In this document: piece by piece, positions 31,549 through 41,444 of the stretch
Layout: each line of letters starts with the position of its first letter
How positions within the stretch are numbered: position 1 is the stretch's first letter
Source: Holosporaceae bacterium
Lineage (GTDB): Bacteria > Pseudomonadota > Alphaproteobacteria > UBA7879 > UBA5542
NCBI GenBank assembly: GCA_022646525.1
Contig: CP060261.1
Span: 664,452 to 728,451 of the forward strand
Direction: 5' to 3'
DNA length: 64,000 nt
Translations under genes and position numbers: made by a program
Notes under the pieces: model-generated
Database searches by the model: none
The model's input: the letters and a program-made list of their open reading frames with translations, nothing else
What the model was told of the DNA's origin: nothing

Positions 31549-32005
31549 GTATACGTATCCAACTTTATAGACTTATTTAGTAATATGTGGAGGCTAGCCA
31601 CACGTTTTAAAAAAATCAATAAGAATAATTGGCTATTTTCAACTTTTATGCACTTGTTTTAAGCGCAGTCTATTTCTTTTCAGAGGGTTATTACTATGGC
31701 CCCGCACTGAATCATAGCCACATCGGCCATAAGGGCAGCCATTTTGGCAAGGGCGGGCACTTCTTGGAACGCACGGAGTATGCCAAGATAGACCCCATCG
31801 GCACAGGCACGGCTGAGGTAAAGACCCGTGTGGCCTGTGCTGACGAAGGACATGCTTAGCATGATGATGTATGAAATGTTCATTAAGTGCTTCATGCCTT
31901 TTATATGTGTATGAAATCACTGAATTTCAAGGTGAGGACATGAGAGGAGGCGCATAAAAAAGTTTCGGTGGGGGGGCTTGGAAGAGTTTTTATATGGTAA
32001 CGTTT

Positions 32006-33205
32006 TTAACTAAATGGATTTACTGATAAATCAATGTTATTGCTTCTTGTACCATCGCGACGAAGGATGCCGAACCAACGCACACGATTTGGCCAAATAT
32101 TATGAAACTCAAGAATAGAAAGATTATCTGAAGTTTGTGCAGAGTTTGCACCCTGGGTGAGCGTACTTGTACCTGCGTCTTCGCCATCGTATACGTGAAC
32201 ATCTGCCTGATCATCGGCAGAAAAATCCCTGCCTCCACCAGAGTAGGCACTAGAGTTAATGGCGGTTGCTTGGAATGCATTTAGGAATGATACTAAACCG
32301 TCTTCAACATGGAAAGCGCCACCTTGTTCGTTGAATGTCCAGCTGACATCATCAATGATGATGGTGCCAAATGGGGCGAGTGCATTAAAAGCGGCACGTA
32401 AAACATCATACATTTCAGTTGCATTGCTTGGATCTGTATCAATAAGGATAACGCCGTAAGAGTTACTACCATTTAGTTGTGTTATTAAATCTTCAAGTGT
32501 ACTTGTGTTTTCTGCTGTAACGCCAGCAGAGAAAAAATCATCTGCTGCAGGATCAGCTATAAGATCTTGGTCTGTTTTTGTATATCCTGCTTCAATTTCA
32601 TTTGTTTTTCTTCCAATGACAATGCGGCTTAAAAGCGTGTCGGGATCAAGACTTTCTTCATTTTCTTTGCGTACGAGGTTGCTAAGCATTTGAAGAAATT
32701 CTGTTTTTGGTGTTTGTGCTGTTGCTGAAGGAGAGGGATCACCAAAGCTGCTTCGTTCAGGAATGCTGACCGTTCCCCCGCGAACGGTTTGTGCAGCACG
32801 GGAACGATAGTCATCGATGGCGTGAACTTTGATATCGCCATAATATGCGTTAGGTTCTTCGGACTTTTGATGTAGGAAGTGTGCTATATTCCCTGTCATG
32901 ATGCCAGATCCACCACCGATTATTAAAACATTTTTTGCTGTATTTTCAGGATTGTTTTCTAGGCGGCTGATGGCTGTTTCAACTAAATTATTGAGGACGT
33001 CTCTCTTGTAATCAGAGCTCAATACTGCATCTACAGGAAGGGTTGTCGTATAGCTGCCATCGGCGATTCTAAGTTTATTATAGGGACTAGTTGCAAGGGC
33101 ACTCAAATACGTATCATCGATAGTAGTTGTACTAGCAGCTGCACTGTAGCCAGGATGAATAAATGCTGCACAGATCATGGCGAAACAAGTAAAAAGCTTA
33201 TTCAT
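32006..33205 (-). CDS. Secreted class-I SAM-methyltransferase-like protein
   Basis: Signal peptide MNKLFTCFAMICAAFIHPGYSAAA. Motif-I-like VLIIGGGSGIMTGNIAHFL, then VHAIDD, then a long insert, then GVILIDTDPSNATEMYDVLRAAFNALAPFGTIIIDDVSW (the Methyltransf_24 / O-MTase-3-like pattern). Confidence 0.6.
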   Translation of the reverse strand: MNKLFTCFAMICAAFIHPGYSAAASTTTIDDTYLSALATSPYNKLRIADGSYTTTLPVDAVLSSDYKRDVLNNLVETAISRLENNPENTAKNVLIIGGGSGIMTGNIAHFLHQKSEEPNAYYGDIKVHAIDDYRSRAAQTVRGGTVSIPERSSFGDPSPSATAQTPKTEFLQMLSNLVRKENEESLDPDTLLSRIVIGRKTNEIEAGYTKTDQDLIADPAADDFFSAGVTAENTSTLEDLITQLNGSNSYGVILIDTDPSNATEMYDVLRAAFNALAPFGTIIIDDVSWTFNEQGGAFHVEDGLVSFLNAFQATAINSSAYSGGGRDFSADDQADVHVYDGEDAGTSTLTQGANSAQTSDNLSILEFHNIWPNRVRWFGILRRDGTRSNNIDLSVNPFS

Positions 33206-33557
33206 TATTTTATCCCTGTATTATTTTATTAATTCATACTTATAACTATATATTACTTAAATAATAGATTAGCCAATCTATTACTGTCAACAAATACAAT
33301 ATGGATTGTTAAGATATAAGAATATATAACTATTTTTGGGTTAAGATGTGATAATAGGCTTCTTTATTTATGATAACTTTGCTCTCCATAGCAATATATA
33401 CTATGCACCAGTTATGTGGGTGGAGGGGTTGTGAATAAGAAGAAGCTTAATTTTTCAGGGAATGTTTAACTAATTAAATTATTTGAATAATTTTTATATT
33501 TACTTGATAATAAAATAACTGATTAAAATATTAATAATAAATATTGGGAGAGGTTTC

Positions 33558-34882
33558 ATGTATAAGTTTTTATTTTCATGTTTTTTACTTTTTTTGTGCT
33601 TTAAAGAAGGTGCTGTTGCAGCAGTAGAAGACCCTGATCCTAATTTATTTAACCTTACCCCCTACACAATTTAATAGTATATTTTCGACGTTGAAACAAA
33701 TTCCCCTGAGAGCAATGCGCGCATCAGGGGGAATCTGGTGTACAAACCCTGTGCCAGAATATCACGAGCAAGCAGCTTTTTCTCTCAAGCCAAAGCAGAT
33801 ATTGTGAAAACGTTAAAGGATGAGCTGGAAAATGTTCGCTTTCAACAGATTAATGCGTCAACTGATCCTATTGCACCTGAAACATATTTGTTGCCTCATA
33901 TGGAAATTGGTTCTGGGTTAGGGGCGGCCAGTAAATATTTTATTGAAGACTATTTAACACAGATTGTTACAGGGTTGCGTGGGCCCAACCCAGATGAAGT
34001 ATTTGTTTTTGGGCATTAGGGGCGGCAGATAATTTCAGGCCCGCGCAGCAGAAACAGTGAATGGGGTGTTGATTCCTGCCCGGGAAGGCCCTGGAGATGC
34101 GGTAAGTGGTGGCCGTACTGCACAAGAAACCATTAACCAAGCATTAAAGTAATATGGTGTATTCAGTATTAAGTACGTTGGTAGGTTTAGGGGGTTAATT
34201 TAGAAGATCAGCTTAACCCTGTTGATGATGCGTCATCAAACGAAAATAACTGGGGTTGTTAAACCAAGACACAGGGTATTTTAAAAATATTTTTAAAAAG
34301 AATTCAACCTCTAATGATGCAAGATGGTGCTGAAAATAATTTTGTGTTGGCTGCTAATACCGACCCGTATTTTGATGCAACCATTTCTTATGCGCAATTT
34401 CAAGGAGATGATACTAGGTTTGCTTTGATTACATTGGATATTGACCCAACGGATGCCGATTCATTTTATCTTGCCCTGGTAAATTCATGGAATATGTTGT
34501 TCCCTGGTGTTGGGCGTTTATGGGTTGACGATTATAATTAGAGTCACCGTGACCAGCCAACGGTAAAAGCTGTGAAAGAGGGACTGCGGCTTTTCTTCCG
34601 CCGGCATGCAGCTGAACTGCACCCCACATGGGCAGGGGCCACGTTTGACTATTATCCCCTGCGGTGACTTATCATTATTCAGACGGTGTGCAAACCGGCT
34701 TTGATACCGATATTGAAGCCGGAGGAACAGGATCTGTGGCTGTGGTTGATGGCACAATACCTGTGTTGCGCTTTTATGAGACTCATGGGGCAGCCATTGG
34801 AAAGTGGTGTGTTGCCTTGGCAAAATCTGACGAAGATGGTGTTGTGGATACACTAACAGCAAACTTTGACCCAGTACCATAG
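33558..34882 (+). pseudogene. Divergently oriented, frameshifted paralog of the secreted methyltransferase-like gene
   Basis: ATG 33558 after gggagagg, signal-like MYKFLFSCFLLFLCFKEGAVA. Pieces: PHMEIGSGLGAASKYFIEDYL (33738..34019), FALITLDIDPTDADSFYLALVNSWNMLFPGVGRLWVDDY (34314..34541) and 34664..34882. Confidence 0.5.
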
Positions 34883-35305
34883 CAGGGGTTTGAAAATACA
34901 TCCGAAGGCGTAGCGCCCTTTATTAGCGATTTTTAAAGTAGCATTTTTGTTAAATGCCGAAAAATTTATTGTTACTATTACCAGGGTACATATTGCCGCA
35001 ACATATTGCATATTTCCGCATATTCCCGCCGACACGTCAATATATGAGAAGGGTTATGAAGAATATCTGAATTGCTATGGCTGTTTCTGAGCAAGATATG
35101 GGGCGGGATAAACGAAAGAGCATAATAAAGAAGAATACCTGTTGGGAACAATGCTTCTAGAGGCAAAAATAGGTAAGTAACCAATACCCCACTGGTGGAT
35201 AGAGCCAACCTAACGACACGCATTCTTAACCGATTGAATGGGCAAAGATTTTCTTCTGGGCAATCGAGACGTGTATGACGCTCAATAAACAATTGTTGTT
35301 CTACG

Positions 35306-35391
35306 CACCTGCTCCTGCTCCCGCTCCCACACCCCTGCTCCTGCTCCTGCTCCCACTCCCACACCTGCTCCTGCACCCGCTCCCGCTCCTC
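35306..35391. repeat. Imperfect GCTCC(T/C) hexanucleotide repeat (Pro-Ala/Pro-Thr on plus, Glu-Gln/Gly-Ala type on minus)
   Basis: cctgctcctgctcccgctcccacacccctgctcctgctcctgctcccactcccacacctgctcctgcacccgctcccgctcct. Confidence 0.6.
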
Positions 35392-36258
35392 AGCAGTGTT
35401 TTGTTGCAAATGGTGTGTAACTGGACGAACATATCTTATATCACTGTTTGCACCTGAAGTTGCAGATTGGGTGGTGAAGACTGTGCTTAAAACAAAGCAT
35501 GCCGCACAAAATTAGATATCTCATATTATTACTTCTTTTATTTCGATATAGTTTATCTTTTATAACGAAATTGTGGCAAAATTACCAGATCAAAAAGTGG
35601 GAGGGATTACTTCATAAAAGCAAAATAGGAACGAGTATATATAGATATTATAATGTAAATTTTACTTTTCCTAAGATAGTTAAAATGCAATGAAATAAAA
35701 TGATCTAGTGCTGCGCATTTCTTTGATAATTAAATGGTTTATTCAGATCATTCATCATCATTGCATGGTTGTGATTATGTCGACTTTTTGCGTTGAAAAG
35801 CCTGTTTAATTTGTTGGGTGTTGGGTTCTTCATTTGCTGTTGCATGAGAAACGTGTAATACGCAAAAAAAGCAAAAATTGTGATATTTTTCATTGTGATT
35901 TCTTTCTTAAATTACCTATGTGATATATAGGAATTTTTCAAAATCAAGAAAATTAGAAATATTATGGTAAAAGGGTTAAACTATTAAGAATTTTACAGAT
36001 AATTATATTAACAATATAGAGAGTTTTTAGAATTAATTAAAACAACACATGTATAAGTTTAATAGAATTAAATATAAGATCTTTTAATGATTCATTAATA
36101 AAAGTTAAAATTTCCTAATTTACCTTAAGGCGCTCTACTGCTAACTCTTAGCTGTTTTTTTGTATACTTTTAAAACATTAATGTCTTTGACTCATGCAGT
36201 GAACGTGGTCTAAGTTGATCTGAAAATAGAAACATTTATCCCCTTTCAAGTGAGTTAG

Positions 36259-36278
36259 TTACTTACTTACTTACTTAC
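36259..36278. repeat. (TTAC)5 microsatellite containing the ftsZ stop codon
   Basis: ttacttacttacttacttac. On the minus strand (GTAA)n supplies a stop in every frame. Confidence 0.7.
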
Positions 36279-37570
36279 TTTTCTTTTGGCGTAAGAACGT
36301 TGGCGTATCAAGATCGTCATCTTCGTCATCGGTGGCGAGGGGATCTTGATCGCTAGATTCTGTTTTTGTAAACAGATCTTCATCATGCGTTGCTTTTGCT
36401 TTTTTCAGGCCAATTTTTTTCCCAGAATGATTTTTTCTTTTGCTTTCACTGTTGTGGTAGCTACGGCTTCACTCAAGAACAGCCCCTTCTTCAGCCATCG
36501 CTTCATCATCAAGGGTGAGGGGTTTTGATCGTTATCAATAGGTTCTTCAAAATCAAGCTGTGTTTGGGGCAGCGCATCGAGTTCTTTTTCAATCTCACGA
36601 TTCAGACGGCTGGTAAGTGGCCCTTCGCCTTCGATGCCTGTGGCGACCACAGACACACGAATTTTGCCATCAAGGCGTTCGTCAAAGGTAGACCCAAAAT
36701 GATGTTTGCGTTTTTATCGACTTGTTCGCGGACATAGTTGGCGGCTTCATCAACTTCGAAAAGTGTCATATCCATGCCGCCTGTGATGTTGATGAGGACA
36801 CCGTTCGCGCCTTTTAAAGACACTTCGTCAAGCAAGGGGTTGGCGACGGCTGCCTCGGCTGCGGCTACGGCGCGGTTTTCGCCCTCAGCTTCACCTGTAC
36901 CCATCATGGCTTTGCCCATTTCACTCATCACTGTGCGCACATCGGCAAAGTCAAGGTTGACTAATCCTGGCATGATCATCAGATCGGTCACGCCGCGAAC
37001 ACCTGAATAAAGCACGTTGTCGGCCATATTGAAGGCTTCGGCAAACGTGGTTTTGGTGTCGGCCAAGCGGAACAGGTTTTGCTGGGAATAATGATCAGAG
37101 TATCGACATGTTTTTGTAGTTCTTTCACGCCCGCATCTGCCGTGCGCATGCGGTGGCCGCCTCAAAAACGAAGGGCTTTGTGACCACACCACCGTCAAAA
37201 TACCGGCATTGCGGGCGGCCTTTTGCAATCACAGGGGCAGCCCCTGTACCCGTGCCACCACCCATACCGGCGGTGATGAACACCATGTGGGCGCCTTTGA
37301 TGCGCGCTTCGATTTCGCCCAGTGTTTCTTCGGCTGAGGCGCACCCAATATCGGGTTTTGAACCAGCACCCAACCCTTGGGTGAGTTCATATCCTAACTG
37401 AATTTTCGTGCCTGCCTTTGATTCGCGAAGGCCTGGGCATCGGTGTTGGCCACTATAAATTCAACCCCTTCAAGGTTTGATTGAATCATGTTGTTGACCG
37501 CATTGCCACCGGCGCCACCAACGCCAACAACCACAATCTTTGGTTTTAAGTTTTCAAAGTTTTCAGACAT
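36271..37570 (-). pseudogene. ftsZ: Cell division GTPase FtsZ, at least 7 single-nucleotide frameshifts
   Basis: Collinear pieces: [28 protein letters not shown] (ATG 37570), [11 protein letters not shown]...[86 protein letters not shown]...NITGGMDMTLFEVDEAANYV, RVSVVATGIEG, and the C-terminal DDLDTPTFLRQKK followed by the stop at 36271. Confidence 0.85.
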
Positions 37571-37740
37571 TTCATTTTTCCTTTTTATATGTTCCCTTAT
37601 ATTTTTAGGGTTTAAAATTTTCTTTCACCCAGTCGAACAGGGCACCCCACCCTTTTTGTGGCGATTGGCATGTCGTTCGCGCCACCAATCTTGATAGGCA
37701 AACTCGAGGAGGCTGGCGGCTGTTGTCAGTGATGGGTTTT

Positions 37741-38811
37741 TCAGGTCTTCCCTGGGCCCATAAGGCGCAGTGGCATTCCCAATCGTACTTGGCGCCCCAA
37801 CACTTGCCCGGCCACAATTTTAATGCTGGGCAGCAAACTGCCCCCCCCTGTGAGCACAATACGCCTTCCTGATATTTTATACATGTTCGAGGCCTCGAGT
37901 CTAGCCTTCACGATCTTAAAAATCTCTTCGACGCGGGGTTTGATGATTTGGGTTAAAACCCGTTTTTTCAATGGCCTATGTTGTGCGTCTTTGATGTTCA
38001 GGAGAACCTTGTCATCGTCGCCTGTTTCAAGGGCGCTGCCATGTAAAATTTTAAGACGTTCGGCTTCTTGCAGGGGGATTTGCAGGCCGTGGGCGATATC
38101 GCTGGTGATGTGTAACCCGCCAAGGGGGATGGAAAGCGTGTGAATCACATTGCCTTCATAAAAGTTTGCAATTTCGATGGTGTCGACGCCCATGTCAATC
38201 AGGGTAACGCCCCGTTCCATTTCATCTTCAGTAAGGGCGGCATAGCCCGACGCCACACCTGACACAATGACCGAGCTGGTGTTGAGATGACAGCGATGCA
38301 CCGCATGCAGCACATTTTTAAGGGCCTGTTTATCGGCGGTGATCACATGAATTTTGGTGGTGAGGGTGCGGCCCATCATGCCGCGTGGGTCTTTAATGCC
38401 TTTGGTGGTGTCGAGGGTGTGTTGCAAGGGGAAGGCGTGCATCACATCGAAGGGGCTTTTCGCATCAACCCGGCTGGCCCGCAGCACAAGGTTATTGATA
38501 TCATCTTCGGTGACAACCTGTTGGGGCAGTTTTGAACTGAGCGCCACCAGTTCAGACATCAGGTGTTTGCCTGAAACGTTAATCACCACATGATCGATGG
38601 TGAGGCCGGCCTTTTTCTCAGCCATATGAACAGCATTTAGAATGGATGTTTCGGTTTTTTCAAGGTGGGTGACAAACCCTTTTTTTACCCCTCGAGAGGC
38701 ATACTGGCCCGCACCCAGCACCGTAAATTTTTGTTGGGTGGTGTTATAGTCGGCAATCAGGCAGGTGACCTTGGTGGTGCCGATATCGATGGCGGTGAAA
38801 ACCTTTTTCAT
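37741..38811 (-). CDS. ftsA: Cell division protein FtsA (the C-terminal tail continues in other frames to 37605)
   Basis: AIDIGTTKVTCLIADY actin-fold start. The expected amphipathic C-terminal membrane-targeting helix [17 protein letters not shown] lies in ORF 37605..37859, two frameshifts away. Confidence 0.9.
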   Translation of the reverse strand: MKKVFTAIDIGTTKVTCLIADYNTTQQKFTVLGAGQYASRGVKKGFVTHLEKTETSILNAVHMAEKKAGLTIDHVVINVSGKHLMSELVALSSKLPQQVVTEDDINNLVLRASRVDAKSPFDVMHAFPLQHTLDTTKGIKDPRGMMGRTLTTKIHVITADKQALKNVLHAVHRCHLNTSSVIVSGVASGYAALTEDEMERGVTLIDMGVDTIEIANFYEGNVIHTLSIPLGGLHITSDIAHGLQIPLQEAERLKILHGSALETGDDDKVLLNIKDAQHRPLKKRVLTQIIKPRVEEIFKIVKARLEASNMYKISGRRIVLTGGGSLLPSIKIVAGQVLGRQVRLGMPLRLMGPGKT

Positions 38812-39485
38812 TGAATCACCATCCGTTTGGGAAGGCGTAAATCAACCACCTTTTTCGCGCGCTTTAAAAGGCCCTGACGGTTTTCTAATGTCATCAGGGT
38901 TTTAAGGGCTTGGGGATAGCCCGATTCAGGCAACTTAATAGTGACACCATTTTTGAGATGCAGATCCCACCGGCGTTCGCCCACCCACTGGGCGCTTTTA
39001 ATTTCATCTTTAAGAGTAGGGGTTTTTTCCAGGCTTTGAATTAATTTATTGGCATGGCGGGGGGCCCCATAACCTAAAATCAAAGGATAGGCCATGAAGG
39101 GTTGGATATGATCGGTGATAATGGTGCCGTCGCTGTCGATTAAAGCTACCCGCTTTCGGTGCTGCCACAGAGCCACGGGTGTGCGTTCTTCAAGCACAAC
39201 TTCAATGGTGTGGGGCCATTCGCGGTGCAAGGATAAATGTTTTACCCAAGGATGGTGTGATAAAGATTGAAACGCTTTTTGCATATCGAAGGAAGTGAGC
39301 GGCGCGCCCGGTTTAATGTTAAGGGTGTGCATGACTTCTGATTGGGACAGATGCCGCCGCCCTTTGATTTTAATTTTCTTTACCTGAAGGCCTGCATTGA
39401 CTTGAAGCTGCACAAAAGCATCAAGTGCTTGTTGGTGCTTGCGACTGAGAAGGCCTGTGTGCCAAAACCAGAGAAAAAAAAACAA
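38808..39485 (-). CDS. ftsQ: Cell division protein FtsQ (the N-terminus probably starts at ATG 39532, out of frame across a 9-nt homopolymer)
   Basis: POTRA-like KIKIKGRRHLSQSEVMHTLNIKPGAPL and EWPHTIEVVLEERTPVALW. The upstream ATG gives MASYFKTFPFRSFRVFCFFF, and the run 39474-39482 separates the two frames. Confidence 0.85.
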   Translation of the reverse strand: MFFFLWFWHTGLLSRKHQQALDAFVQLQVNAGLQVKKIKIKGRRHLSQSEVMHTLNIKPGAPLTSFDMQKAFQSLSHHPWVKHLSLHREWPHTIEVVLEERTPVALWQHRKRVALIDSDGTIITDHIQPFMAYPLILGYGAPRHANKLIQSLEKTPTLKDEIKSAQWVGERRWDLHLKNGVTIKLPESGYPQALKTLMTLENRQGLLKRAKKVVDLRLPKRMVIQ

Positions 39486-39572
39486 AACACCCTAAAAGAC
39501 CGAAAAGGGAAAGTTTTAAAATAAGACGCCATCGGGGGACGGAGGAGCGCCGCCGATCGGGTGATCCTCGAT

Positions 39573-40541
39573 TTATCGCGGCAAAGCGCGGCATAGCCCC
39601 TCCTCGATTAGGAGATAAATACTTTCATCGTATGAGATGCCTGCATAGGCAGCGATTTCGGGCACAATGGATAAAGGCGTATAGCCTGGAAGCGTGTTGA
39701 TTTCAAGAAAAGCCAGCCGCCCGGTGTCAGGATCATAGCGAATATCGCAGCGTGTGGCACCAGAACAGCCAAGGGCCTGATGCACTTTTAATGTGTCTTC
39801 CATCACTTTCTCATACACAGCATCGGGGATGCGGGCCGGCATATAGTGCGTTGTTGCATCGTCCGTGTATTTGTTGCTGTAATCATAAAACCCCGACTTT
39901 GGTTCAAGTTCAAGAATGCCAAGCGCCTTATTATTTAAGACGGCACAGGAAAGTTCTTTCCCGGGGATATATTCTTCAACCATGACATCATCACCAAAAG
40001 ACCAATTCACTTGGTCTTCAAGAGGAGTTTGATTGTCTTGAATTATATATACGCCAACACTTGATCCTTCATCTAGGGGTTTTATGACATAGGGGGTATG
40101 CATGGGATGCTTGCGGCAAATATCTGCCCATTTACGGAGGGTGCTTTTTGGGGTGGGGACGCCAATGGATTGCATGAATTTAAGGGTCATCACCTTATTC
40201 ATGCCAATGGCGGAAGCTGTCATCTCTGAGTGGGTGTAGCGCACCTGTAAAATATCAAGAAGGCCTTGAAGGCGGCCGTCTTCAACACCGTGCCCATGGA
40301 GGGCGCCCAAAAACACAATATCGGGCTTGGGAGTAAGAAAATCGACAAGTTTTTTAATATCGCGACTGAGATCAAGAGAGGTGACTTGATAGCCAAGGCG
40401 GATCATAGATTCAAGAATTTTCTTTCCTGACATAAGTGATACGTTGCGCTCGCTATTCCAGCCACCCACCAGTAGAGCGACTTTTGTTTTGCGGGGATCG
40501 TGCCCATTTTTAGGGGGGGTGAAGTGTGTGGGTGTTGTCAT
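39573..40541 (-). CDS. ddl: D-alanine--D-alanine ligase
   Basis: KVALLVGGWNSERNVSLMSG, VIKPLDEGSSVGV, EINTLPGYT. ATG 40541 overlaps the murB stop; the ORF is open to 40571. Confidence 0.9.
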   Translation of the reverse strand: MTTPTHFTPPKNGHDPRKTKVALLVGGWNSERNVSLMSGKKILESMIRLGYQVTSLDLSRDIKKLVDFLTPKPDIVFLGALHGHGVEDGRLQGLLDILQVRYTHSEMTASAIGMNKVMTLKFMQSIGVPTPKSTLRKWADICRKHPMHTPYVIKPLDEGSSVGVYIIQDNQTPLEDQVNWSFGDDVMVEEYIPGKELSCAVLNNKALGILELEPKSGFYDYSNKYTDDATTHYMPARIPDAVYEKVMEDTLKVHQALGCSGATRCDIRYDPDTGRLAFLEINTLPGYTPLSIVPEIAAYAGISYDESIYLLIEEGLCRALPR

Positions 40542-41440
40542 GCGGGTACTCCTAAACGTTCGACTTCCCATTCAAGGGTGATGCCACTGTGGGCTTTAAC
40601 TTTATCACGCACGCGTTCGCCTAATGTTTCAAGGTCGGTGGCGGTGGCGGCCCCTTGGTTGATCATAAAGTTGCAGTGCTTTTCTGACATTTGGGCTTGG
40701 CCGACGCGAAGCCCCCGGCACCCAGCTGCATCGATAAGTTCCCATGCTTTTTTAGGGAGTGGGTTTTTAAAGGTGCTGCCGCCGGTGCCTTTTTGAATGG
40801 GTTGGCTTTCGGCCCTCTTTTTCATGTTTTCTTGAAGACGGCCATGAATCACATCGGGGTGATCGGGTGTGCCGCGGAAGGTGGCCTCTGTCACAATAAA
40901 GCCTTTGGGCAGGCTGCTGGTGCGATGAGAAAAAGTAAGATCTTCCCGCAAATAAGTGATGGCTTCACCCGCAGGTGTCAGCCCTTTGCAGCTGATCAGA
41001 TGGTCTTTCACTTCTTGGCCGTATGCGCCTGCATTCATTTTTATCGCTCCCCCGATGGTGCCTGGGATACCGATCAAATATTCAAACCCTGAGAGCCCCT
41101 GTTCGGCCGCAAATAATGTTGCGTTTCGATCGAGCACAGCACCCCCCAAAGTGATCTTTCCCTTTGACACTTCTATATTATTAAACCCTTTCCCGAGTTT
41201 AATGACAACCCCAGGGATGCCGCCATCGCGAATCAGTACATTTGAGCCTACGCCCAAAATGGTGCGGGGAATGTCGGCTGGGCAGTGACTGAGGAAGTGG
41301 GCCAGATCTTCCGCATCGGCTGGTTTAAATAAAACATCGGCTGACCCACCGGCTTGAAGCCATATTTGGGGGCCCAAAGGAACGTTTTTGTGAAGCTTGC
41401 CCCGGGTGGGGGGAAGGCGGTCGAGGGGGGGTTCATCCAT
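40538..41440 (-). CDS. murB: UDP-N-acetylenolpyruvoylglucosamine reductase
   Basis: GGSADVLFKPADAEDLAHFL, GVGSNVLIRDGGIPGVVI, GSTFKNP. The likely ATG is 41440; the ORF is open to 41506. Confidence 0.9.
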   Translation of the reverse strand: MDEPPLDRLPPTRGKLHKNVPLGPQIWLQAGGSADVLFKPADAEDLAHFLSHCPADIPRTILGVGSNVLIRDGGIPGVVIKLGKGFNNIEVSKGKITLGGAVLDRNATLFAAEQGLSGFEYLIGIPGTIGGAIKMNAGAYGQEVKDHLISCKGLTPAGEAITYLREDLTFSHRTSSLPKGFIVTEATFRGTPDHPDVIHGRLQENMKKRAESQPIQKGTGGSTFKNPLPKKAWELIDAAGCRGLRVGQAQMSEKHCNFMINQGAATATDLETLGERVRDKVKAHSGITLEWEVERLGVPA

Positions 41441-41444
41441 AGGC

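Noticed and set aside
34978-35457. ORF 34978..35409 (minus) and ORF 35275..35457 (plus) treated as genes
   Set aside because: Both owe much of their length to the hexanucleotide repeat, overlap each other antisense and lack RBS or motif support.
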